DNA of 28,462 nt from a virus (taxonomy: Duplodnaviria > Caudoviricetes). The stretch is taken from the IMG/VR virus record IMGVR_UViG_3300048999_000131, positions 1 to 28,462 of that record; one strand, given 5' to 3'. Every line of letters starts with the position of its first letter. Positions within the stretch are counted from its first letter, which is position 1. Shown here one piece after another: positions 13,979-21,844 of this stretch. The notes below the pieces were generated by a model. That model did no database searches. It was given only the letters and a program-made list of their open reading frames with translations, and was not told the origin of the DNA. Made by a program: the position numbers and the translations under genes.

Positions 13979-15541
13979 TTGCCTGACTTCACCAGTTACG
14001 TCCCGCCGGGCGTGTACGTACAGGACACGTCCCAGCCGGTGGTCACACCGACCACCATCACCACGAACATCGTGACGGTGATCGGTCCGGCGATCGGTTA
14101 CCAGACGAACACCGAGCAGGTCCAGGTCTACTGGAACAGCAACACTGCTCTGGCCAAACGCGGCATCTTCGTCACGGCCGTCACCGGACCTCCTGCGATC
14201 GGCGCTCCGGTCGTCAAGGACGTGTCCGGCGTCACCATGACCGTCGGTGTCGACTACGCATTCGTGGTGGATGCCTCCGCCGGAGGCGGCGCGGCCAACG
14301 CCGTGACGTACATCAAGCGCCTCGGCACCTCCGAGACGCCGTCCGCTCCGTCGCCCCACGGTCTCGTTGACGGCGACGTGGTGTTCGTGACGTACAACTA
14401 CGCCGACACGAACTACTACGCGCCGCAGAGCTTCACCGACCCGGCGCAGATCGCGGCCACCTACGGCGCGGCAGTCACCGGTACGGCCCCGGCCAACCCG
14501 AACGCGTCCCAGGTGGTCTGCCCGCTCACCCTGGCGGCCCAGCTCGCCATGGCGAACGGCGCATCCTCGGTACTGGCCCTGGCCACCAATCCGGCCGACG
14601 GCACGATCAAGGAGCAGTTCCTCGCGGCCTACGCGAAGATCGTCGCCGACTACCGGGCAGCCCTGATCGTCCCGCTCTTCGTGGACGGCTCCCCGGAGGA
14701 CACCGGCGACCCGGCGGACGCCCACAGCGCCGCAGCGGTCCTCGCGCTCATCCAGGACGCCAACACCCACGCAGTCAGCGCGGCGGCCGACGGCTACGGC
14801 CGGATCATGTTCGTCGGCGTCGAGACGAACTACGACAGCGCCACGACCAACTTCGACGTGCTGGCCACCACGATCGCCTCCAAGCGCACTGTGCTGGCCT
14901 ACCCGAACCAGCTCAGTTTCTACAACACGCGCCTGGCCCAGACCACGGTGGTCTCGGGCTACTACCTGGCAGCGGCCATGGCCGGTCAGCTCGCCGGGGG
15001 CGCGGTGGAGCGCGGTCTGACCAAGGTCTCGGTGACGGGCTTCAACGGCCTGCCTCCGGCCCTCGCGCAGATCCAGACGAACACCTTCAAGAACTCCCTC
15101 TCCAAGGCCGGTGTGTGCGTCCTGGAGAAGTCCTTCGGAGGCGCTCTCCAGATCCGCCACGGCCTCACCACGGACATGTCGGCCCTCACCACGCGGGAGA
15201 TCTCTCTCGTGCGCATCGGGGACGTCCTGTTCGAGTCGGTCCAGACGGGCATGGACGCGGCGGGACTCATCGGCCAGCCGATCGACGCCGACATGACCAC
15301 CAAGGTCAAGGGCGCCCTCACGGGCATCCTGGAGCAGGCGATCACGGACAACGTGATCAACGACTACGGCTCGGTGGCCGTCCGGCAGCAGACCCTTCCG
15401 AGCGGGGACCCCTCCGTGATCGAGGCGCAGTTCGCCTATCAGCCTGCCGTCCCGCTCAACTACATCACCGTGACGTTCGCGATCGACCTGACCTCGGGCC
15501 AGGTCAGCACGACCACGGACGACACCACGACCACGGGCTGA
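13979..15541 (+). CDS. Contractile tail sheath protein
   Basis: TTG start, N-terminal YVPPGVYVQD, C-terminal IRHGLTT...REISLVR...FAYQPAVPLNYITVTF. Confidence 0.9.
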   Translation: MPDFTSYVPPGVYVQDTSQPVVTPTTITTNIVTVIGPAIGYQTNTEQVQVYWNSNTALAKRGIFVTAVTGPPAIGAPVVKDVSGVTMTVGVDYAFVVDASAGGGAANAVTYIKRLGTSETPSAPSPHGLVDGDVVFVTYNYADTNYYAPQSFTDPAQIAATYGAAVTGTAPANPNASQVVCPLTLAAQLAMANGASSVLALATNPADGTIKEQFLAAYAKIVADYRAALIVPLFVDGSPEDTGDPADAHSAAAVLALIQDANTHAVSAAADGYGRIMFVGVETNYDSATTNFDVLATTIASKRTVLAYPNQLSFYNTRLAQTTVVSGYYLAAAMAGQLAGGAVERGLTKVSVTGFNGLPPALAQIQTNTFKNSLSKAGVCVLEKSFGGALQIRHGLTTDMSALTTREISLVRIGDVLFESVQTGMDAAGLIGQPIDADMTTKVKGALTGILEQAITDNVINDYGSVAVRQQTLPSGDPSVIEAQFAYQPAVPLNYITVTFAIDLTSGQVSTTTDDTTTTG

Positions 15542-15554
15542 CGAGGAGAGGCAG

Positions 15555-16061
15555 ATGCCCCAGACCAAAGTCCGCGTAGTCGGATCGGGCTACACGACCT
15601 TCTACTACAAGGGCAAGGCCATCGCCTTTTGCGAGGGGGTGGAAGACTCCGGCCAGCGAGCGTTCTCGGACCTCGGGCAGCCGTATCAGTTCATCCACCC
15701 TCTGGGGGCAAGCCACCCGGTAGAGATCGCGACGTCCCGTGTCCTTCAGGGCGGAACGCTCATGCTCACGATCCGGGAGCTGTGGAACACCTACGTGTGG
15801 GAGCAGCTCTCCGGTCTCGCGGGGACCAAGAACATCGTGGACATCTTCCAGGTGCTCGCGAACGACCCGAACTACGTCACCTGCCAGACGGTGATCAAGC
15901 CTCCCGGCACCCAGAACAACCCGGGGGCATGGCGCGGGAAGAACTACCACAACTGCACCGTGGTGGACATCAACGACGGCGACACCATCACGGTCGGCTC
16001 GCTGGCTGTGACGAAAGGTATCACCGTCGCCTATACCCACACGAGTGCTCTCAACAAGTAG
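15555..16061 (+). CDS. Tail tube protein
   Basis: 168 aa, immediately after the sheath gene, beta-rich (GTLMLTIRELW; YHNCTVVDI). Confidence 0.8.
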   Translation: MPQTKVRVVGSGYTTFYYKGKAIAFCEGVEDSGQRAFSDLGQPYQFIHPLGASHPVEIATSRVLQGGTLMLTIRELWNTYVWEQLSGLAGTKNIVDIFQVLANDPNYVTCQTVIKPPGTQNNPGAWRGKNYHNCTVVDINDGDTITVGSLAVTKGITVAYTHTSALNK

Positions 16062-16081
16062 CGAAACGGACAGGAGGTGAA

Positions 16082-16534
16082 CTAGTAGACATGACCACAA
16101 CCCTCTTCGTGAGCGTCCACGGGACACAGGCCGTGACTACGCAGGATGTTCACCTCGTTCGTGACCGGCTCCAGGTGCGCGAGGTAATTCACGCAGTCCT
16201 TCCGGACGCACCCCTTGGCCTTGACGTGGTCAACGGTCAGGCCGTCGGGGATCGGGCCAACGAAGTGCTCGTAGGCCCACCTGTGGGCCGGAGAGTTCTT
16301 TCCGTCGGCCTTCTTGAAGATGCCGTAGCCCTTGCGGTCCGTGTAGGCCGTCCAGGGCCAGCACTCGGTGTCGCTCCGGCGGTCCACGTGGGACCAGAAG
16401 CGTGCCTCCTCGTCCCCTCGGATGAAGGCCACGGCGTCGGTACTCCCGTACCGCCGGAGTCGGCTGTAGTGCTTCACACAGAGGCCCTTGGCCCGAGCAG
16501 CGGTGGGGCAGTCGTCCACGGTGCAATTCGCCAT
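16082..16534 (-). CDS. Free-standing HNH endonuclease
   Basis: Zinc ribbon CTVDDC...GLCVKHY, then RFWSHVD...CWPWTA...GYG...AHRWAYE...DH...CVN..HLEPVT..VN. TAGTGT lies 7 nt before the ATG, suggesting a leaderless mRNA. Confidence 0.88.
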   Translation of the reverse strand: MANCTVDDCPTAARAKGLCVKHYSRLRRYGSTDAVAFIRGDEEARFWSHVDRRSDTECWPWTAYTDRKGYGIFKKADGKNSPAHRWAYEHFVGPIPDGLTVDHVKAKGCVRKDCVNYLAHLEPVTNEVNILRSHGLCPVDAHEEGCGHVY

Positions 16535-16584
16535 GGCGACGACACTACCAGCGAGAATCACCGTTGCTACACGATGGAGACGAG

Positions 16585-17124
16585 ATGAGTACGCAGCAGG
16601 CCAAGTCCTTCGATCCCACGCTGCTGGGGCCGAAGGAGCCCGAGGACGAGCCGGGGACCCTCCGCGATGAGGAGGGCAACCTGCTGCCCTCGTTCGACCC
16701 GAAGTACGCCGAGCCCTTCATGGGCCTCGCGTACATCGGAGCCCTCCAGACCGAGTTCGACTGGGTGGGTCACCGCTTCGTCATCCGGACTCTCCGCGAC
16801 GGCGAGAAGCTCGCCGTGGCCCAGATCATTCAGAAGTACTCGGACACGATGGGCGCGGACCGCGCGTACGCCTGCGCCATCGCGGCCATGTGCGTCATCC
16901 ACGTGGACGGCGACGAACTGCCGATCCCGATCGGTGAGTCCCGCAAGGCGTACGAGTGGGGTCTCCAGCGCTTCAGCTACGTCATGGAGAACTGGTTCTC
17001 CCCGACGGTGAACCGGGTCTTCAACGAGTACCTGACGCTGGAGGACCTGGCCGTCCAGGTCGTGGAGGCCATGGGAAAAGCATCAGCCCCCGAGGACTCG
17101 ACTCCTTCGTTGAACGACATCTGA
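16585..17124 (+). CDS. Tail assembly chaperone (short form)
   Basis: Lies between tube and tape measure, with a slippery site near its 3' end. Confidence 0.75.
   Translation: MSTQQAKSFDPTLLGPKEPEDEPGTLRDEEGNLLPSFDPKYAEPFMGLAYIGALQTEFDWVGHRFVIRTLRDGEKLAVAQIIQKYSDTMGADRAYACAIAAMCVIHVDGDELPIPIGESRKAYEWGLQRFSYVMENWFSPTVNRVFNEYLTLEDLAVQVVEAMGKASAPEDSTPSLNDI
17073..17079 (+). other. -1 programmed frameshift heptamer G GGA AAA
   Basis: XXXYYYZ in the correct phase; the -1 frame stays open to 17618. Confidence 0.8.
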
Positions 17125-17618
17125 GGCTGGCCGAGGCCCGGGGGCTCCTGAAGGGCGAGTGTCTGTCCGGTGTACAGACGCTCGGTCTGGAGTACCTGCG
17201 CTTCGAGGACGGCCGTCTGGCGGAGGAGAAGGAGAGCAGGCGCCTGGAGTTCCAGGCGGACCTGATCTCGACTCTCGTCAAGGGCTCCCTGGTTGCCTCC
17301 GGCGAGTACGAGGAGAAGATCCTCTTCAAGGAGCACTTCCAGCCCGACGAATCCGCAGGATCTCCCGGCGGGGACGCGGACACCGACTTCGACTACTCCG
17401 AGGTCGAGTTCGAGACGCCGGACATGGATGAGATGGCCATGCTGGAGAAGCTGCTCGGAGACAACGCGGTCACGGTCTCAGGAGCCCCTCTGGAGGGTCC
17501 GGGGGCCGTTCAGGTGGACCGGGAGGACGACGGGCCCGATATCCCCCTGGCGCACGCTCTGGAGCCCCCGAAGGAGTTCGCTCTTCCCGAGCCCGACCCT
17601 GATGCGGAGTGGACATGA
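17079..17618 (+). CDS. Frameshift extension of the tail assembly chaperone (fusion 16585-17618)
   Basis: The -1 frame reads KSISPRGLDSFVERHLRLAEARG...; its stop overlaps the tape measure ATG (ATGA). Confidence 0.72.
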   Translation, partial: SISPRGLDSFVERHLRLAEARGLLKGECLSGVQTLGLEYLRFEDGRLAEEKESRRLEFQADLISTLVKGSLVASGEYEEKILFKEHFQPDESAGSPGGDADTDFDYSEVEFETPDMDEMAMLEKLLGDNAVTVSGAPLEGPGAVQVDREDDGPDIPLAHALEPPKEFALPEPDPDAEWT

Positions 17619-20185
17619 GTACTCCTGGTGAGCCGGACAGCGGCGTCGCGGGCGGATACGACCTGGGACGCCTCTTCTCGCTGATGGTCCAGGGCCAGCA
17701 GAACGCCAACCGGGTCATGAACGACCTGCTGGACACGACGCGGCAGTCCCTGCATGCGGCCCAGACGTTCAGTACAGGCAGCGGCTCCTCGAACGCCTAC
17801 CGGGCCCGGCAGTCCATGGGCCCAGGATCCCCCGTGGCCGGACAGACCACGCAGCAGACCCTCCGGGCCACCCAGGGCCCCAGCGGCGTCTTCACGGTCG
17901 GTCCCCAGGGCCCGTCGAGCACAACCCCTCCCGGAAGCCCTCAGGCGCCCTCTCCCGGCCCCGGACCGGTGCCGGGTAACCAGCCGTCCTCGGGTGGCTC
18001 CAACGCTCCCGCAGGGCCCTCCTCGAACTTCCGCGCGGTATGGGGCATCCCCACCGCCGGACAGACCATGGCGAACAACCTGCCGACCTCCGGAGCGGGC
18101 GCCATGGCGACCCTCCAGAACCTCTCCAAGCGCACGCTGGCCCAGACGAGCCGGAACATGAACCAGGCCTTCTTCGGCGCCTGGTCCCCGTACTACCGCA
18201 GCGGACAGAGCAGCGGCGGAGGAGGCCTGGGTGGCGGAGGAGGCGGTGGGAATGGCGGTGGCGGTTCCGGGGGTGGAGGCGGCGGTGGTGGTCAGCTCGG
18301 CATGGGCCCTTACGGCATGGGTCCCGCCGGTATGCCGCCTAACCCGCTGTACTTCGGCGGCCCCGGATCCCCTCACGGCCCCTATGGCCCCTATGGACCG
18401 TACGGCTCGGGAACGGGAGGTACCGGAGGCGGTCACGGAGGCGGAGGCGGCGGTGGTTCTGGCGGCGGAGGAGGGGGCGGAGGCCACCTCTGGGGCCTGG
18501 GCTCCGGTGTGGGTGGATGGCTGCGCCGTACCGTCCCCGGCCTCGACCTGGTGGACAAGGGCTTCGGCGAGGTCCGGAGCCAGCGGAACAAGAACGAGTA
18601 CTACCAGAACGTCAACGGCGGCTCGAACTTCTCCGGCTTCGGCGAGCGGATGCACGAGGAGGCGTATGCCGCCTCCACCTCCGCCATGTTCAGCGACCAG
18701 GAGGCCCGCCAGGCCTTCAAGGGTGTCACCCGGCTCGGGTACAACGGCGTCGTCAAGAACCAGTTCTCCCGGCAGGGCGGACGCCAGGACGCGCTGAACT
18801 TCGTCTACCACGGCAAGACGTCGTACGGCGCCTCCGTCTCCGAGTCCCTCCAGGAGCTGGAGCAGGTCTCGAAGAACTCCACGCTCTCCCTCAAGGGGCT
18901 CCAGGGCGCCCTGAAGGACGTCTCCGACACGGCGGGCAAGGCGGGCGTCAACGCCCAGATGGCCCGCAAGCAGCTCATGAACCTCGTGGGCCAGGGGGAG
19001 TCGGCGGGCTATGGCGCGGGCTCCATCTCCACGGCGGCCAACCTCCAGATGGGCAAGACGTCGCTCGGCCGGTCGTACCAGGACATCGACGTGTCCGGCC
19101 AGATGAGCCAGCAATACACGTACATGGCGTCCTCCCAGATGGGGATGACCTACAACCAGTACACGGCCATGCAGAGCACGAGCCCGCTCGCTGCGGCCCA
19201 GGCCCGCGCCGGACAGAACCTCTCCACCCTGAGCCAGATCTTCACCCAGGACGAGGTGAACTGGGTCAAGCAAAAGGCCCAGGCACTCGGCGGCACGCTC
19301 GATTCTGATGCGGCCCTCTCCATCGTCCCGGAATTCCTCACGGCATTTCCGAACCACAACATCTCCGTCATTCAGCAGCAGCTCGCCGCATTCGGTGTGG
19401 TGCAGACGGACGACCCCCAGAAGGCGCTGGCATACGCCTTCACCCTCATGGCGGGCCAGAACGGCGATCTGGCGAATGCCCAGAAGACCGCGAAGGCCAA
19501 CAAGCCGATGTCCGCGAGCGCCGCTTCCAAGCAGGCGAGCAGTTCTGGATTCATCAAGGGATTCACGACGAAGAAGAGCGACGGCTCTTCTGTCGGAGCG
19601 AAGATCGGCGGTGCTCTTCTCGAAACGGTGACCGCCGGAATCGTGGACGACGTTGGCACGTCCAAGGGCGACTCCAAGGCCATGAAGGCCTACAAGGACC
19701 AGGTCTCCAAGAGCGGCCAGCGCAACCCGGTCCTGGAGAACCTGCTCACCACGGTCAAGGACGACGACGAGACGAAGGTCATCGTCCACACCTCCAAGGG
19801 CGAGCGGGTCGTCTCTCTCCAGGACGCGGTCAAGAACCACGCCACCGAGGTCTCCTCGGGCCAGGCGAAGATCGTCTCTGGGAAGAACAAGGGCAAGACC
19901 GTCTCCGACCTCCTGGGGACCGGTTCGGTCAACGCCGGTGCCAACTGGACCTCGGAGGCCTCCAAGTCCAAGGACACGTCCGGGGAGTCGCTCACCAAGT
20001 GGCAGAAGGACCACCCGAGCAAGACCGCCACGGGCACGGGTGCGGGTGCGAACGGCAAGGTCGTGGTCGACTTGTCCGACACCGCGAAGCAGCTCTTCAA
20101 GATCTCGTCGGCGACCGGTATCGCCGGGGCGAACGGAGAGGGCGCCCCACCTCTGAACTACTACAACTGGAACGCGAACAGGTGA
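17615..20185 (+). CDS. Tape measure protein (about 856 aa, Gly-rich N-terminal region)
   Basis: Follows the chaperone pair; Ala/Gln/Gly-rich helical core. Confidence 0.72.
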   Translation: MSTPGEPDSGVAGGYDLGRLFSLMVQGQQNANRVMNDLLDTTRQSLHAAQTFSTGSGSSNAYRARQSMGPGSPVAGQTTQQTLRATQGPSGVFTVGPQGPSSTTPPGSPQAPSPGPGPVPGNQPSSGGSNAPAGPSSNFRAVWGIPTAGQTMANNLPTSGAGAMATLQNLSKRTLAQTSRNMNQAFFGAWSPYYRSGQSSGGGGLGGGGGGGNGGGGSGGGGGGGGQLGMGPYGMGPAGMPPNPLYFGGPGSPHGPYGPYGPYGSGTGGTGGGHGGGGGGGSGGGGGGGGHLWGLGSGVGGWLRRTVPGLDLVDKGFGEVRSQRNKNEYYQNVNGGSNFSGFGERMHEEAYAASTSAMFSDQEARQAFKGVTRLGYNGVVKNQFSRQGGRQDALNFVYHGKTSYGASVSESLQELEQVSKNSTLSLKGLQGALKDVSDTAGKAGVNAQMARKQLMNLVGQGESAGYGAGSISTAANLQMGKTSLGRSYQDIDVSGQMSQQYTYMASSQMGMTYNQYTAMQSTSPLAAAQARAGQNLSTLSQIFTQDEVNWVKQKAQALGGTLDSDAALSIVPEFLTAFPNHNISVIQQQLAAFGVVQTDDPQKALAYAFTLMAGQNGDLANAQKTAKANKPMSASAASKQASSSGFIKGFTTKKSDGSSVGAKIGGALLETVTAGIVDDVGTSKGDSKAMKAYKDQVSKSGQRNPVLENLLTTVKDDDETKVIVHTSKGERVVSLQDAVKNHATEVSSGQAKIVSGKNKGKTVSDLLGTGSVNAGANWTSEASKSKDTSGESLTKWQKDHPSKTATGTGAGANGKVVVDLSDTAKQLFKISSATGIAGANGEGAPPLNYYNWNANR

Positions 20186-20188
20186 CGT

Positions 20189-20908
20189 ATGGGACTGGCC
20201 ACGCTGGGGTTCGCCGGAGGTCCCGGCCTGACCTTCCGGATTGACCCCGAGTCGATCGACTACAACGTCACGGTGCACACGTCGGTGACCAACACGGTCG
20301 GCGGCCGTGTGATCCAGGTACTGGGCTCCTCGATCTCGGACGTCACGATCCGGGGATCCATCGGGGAGTCCCATGCCATGGGCAAGGGCAAGAACGGGGC
20401 CGAGCACGACGGTGTGTCCTGGAAGATGGCCATCGACTTCTTCCAGCGCGTCCAGTCCTTCCAGATGCTCCAGAGCGCGGGCGCCAACACCCCAGGCTCG
20501 TCCTCCGGCAAGAGCGCGTTCTTCCTGAAGCCCGCGACCTTCGTGTACTCCCCGAAGGGTCTGCGCTTCCAGTGCTACATCAAGGCCGTCATCGACCCCG
20601 CCGGAGACGGTACGGCTGGTGTAGTCCACCGTGTGGGACGATCGAACTACCAGTACGTCCTGGTCCTCTTCCCGGTCCAGGAGGGCACCACCGACCTCAC
20701 CAAGGCCGGTACGTCCAACGGCGTCCTGGATCAGGCGAAGGCGAAGGCTGTCGACGCTTATATTTCCCGCATCTCGCAGGGCATCGGATGGAAATTCACT
20801 GCGTACAACGGTGGTTCCACCCCCAGTGCCGAGTGGGAGAAGGAATTCAAGAGCAACCATTCGGACGCAACGCCTGACACGACTCTGGACAGGGAGGACA
20901 CGCAGTGA
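20189..20908 (+). CDS. Putative baseplate/tube-initiator protein
   Basis: FRIDPESIDY...TVGGRVIQVLG...VTIRGSIG; position after the tape measure gene. Confidence 0.55.
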   Translation: MGLATLGFAGGPGLTFRIDPESIDYNVTVHTSVTNTVGGRVIQVLGSSISDVTIRGSIGESHAMGKGKNGAEHDGVSWKMAIDFFQRVQSFQMLQSAGANTPGSSSGKSAFFLKPATFVYSPKGLRFQCYIKAVIDPAGDGTAGVVHRVGRSNYQYVLVLFPVQEGTTDLTKAGTSNGVLDQAKAKAVDAYISRISQGIGWKFTAYNGGSTPSAEWEKEFKSNHSDATPDTTLDREDTQ

Positions 20909-21123
20909 CCGAGCCCGTGCACTGGGGATCAGACGTACCCGTTTCTCTTCCGCAGCCCCTGACCGACGACAACCCGGCCATCATCCCCATGGACGGATTC
21001 TGCTTTACGACCGGCGGAATCGCTTTCGACATGTCCCAGGCCGACTATGACCGGATCGCCGTGCCCACCTTCGCTCCGGACAATCCGCAGCAGCCGGTGG
21101 TCAATTACGACGAGGGGCTGTAG
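20905..21123 (+). CDS. Small hypothetical protein
   Basis: GTGA overlap with the upstream gene; RBS GGAGG. Confidence 0.55.
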   Translation: MTEPVHWGSDVPVSLPQPLTDDNPAIIPMDGFCFTTGGIAFDMSQADYDRIAVPTFAPDNPQQPVVNYDEGL

Positions 21124-21843
21124 GTGCCACGCGCCGGATTGAACTGCACCCTGAGCTATTCGTACAGCGGAAAGACATACGCCTTTCAGGTCAGGGCCCA
21201 GGAGATCGCCTACGGGTCCCGCATGGTCGCAGAGGAGGCACAGGCGCGGACCCGGCGGGCGTACTACCCGCACCAGGTGTCCTCGATCCCTTTCTCGGTC
21301 ACCCCGATCATCAAGGGGTACGCGGAGCGCACGGCGTTCTCGAACTTCCTCGGGGACTACGTCAAGCGCATCCAGGACCCCTCACTGAGCGTCTCGTCCT
21401 TCCCGACGATGAAGGTCGTCTGTGCCGCGCGGTCCTTCCAGCGCTGGGGTGTGCCCACGTCCGGGATCGAGTGGGGCGACCACATCGGCTCGATGGTCTG
21501 GACGCCCCAGGTGGTCTTCGAGACGCACGTGGACCAGTCCCTGGGGGACACCCCGGGCTCGTACGACTGGGTGTCCTACTTCGTCTTCCAGAAGAACGCG
21601 CTGGAGGCCTCTCCGCAGCTCGCGTACTTCTACCCGAACGGCGTCCAGCTCTCCGGCGACCAGATCCCGGCCGCAGGCACTTTCGACCAGGTCACTTCGA
21701 TCCAGGACATCCAGGACATCATCAACAATGGGACGAGCGGAGGATCCGACGCCGGTGACGTGGACACCGAGTGGGGCGGCGTGCCGTACCTGCCCGGCCA
21801 GGGCCCGAGTTCGATCATTCCTACGGGACCGGTGAGGAACTGA
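21124..21843 (+). CDS. Hypothetical baseplate-module protein
   Basis: GTG directly after the upstream TAG; typical codon bias. Confidence 0.65.
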   Translation: MPRAGLNCTLSYSYSGKTYAFQVRAQEIAYGSRMVAEEAQARTRRAYYPHQVSSIPFSVTPIIKGYAERTAFSNFLGDYVKRIQDPSLSVSSFPTMKVVCAARSFQRWGVPTSGIEWGDHIGSMVWTPQVVFETHVDQSLGDTPGSYDWVSYFVFQKNALEASPQLAYFYPNGVQLSGDQIPAAGTFDQVTSIQDIQDIINNGTSGGSDAGDVDTEWGGVPYLPGQGPSSIIPTGPVRN

Positions 21844-21844
21844 C

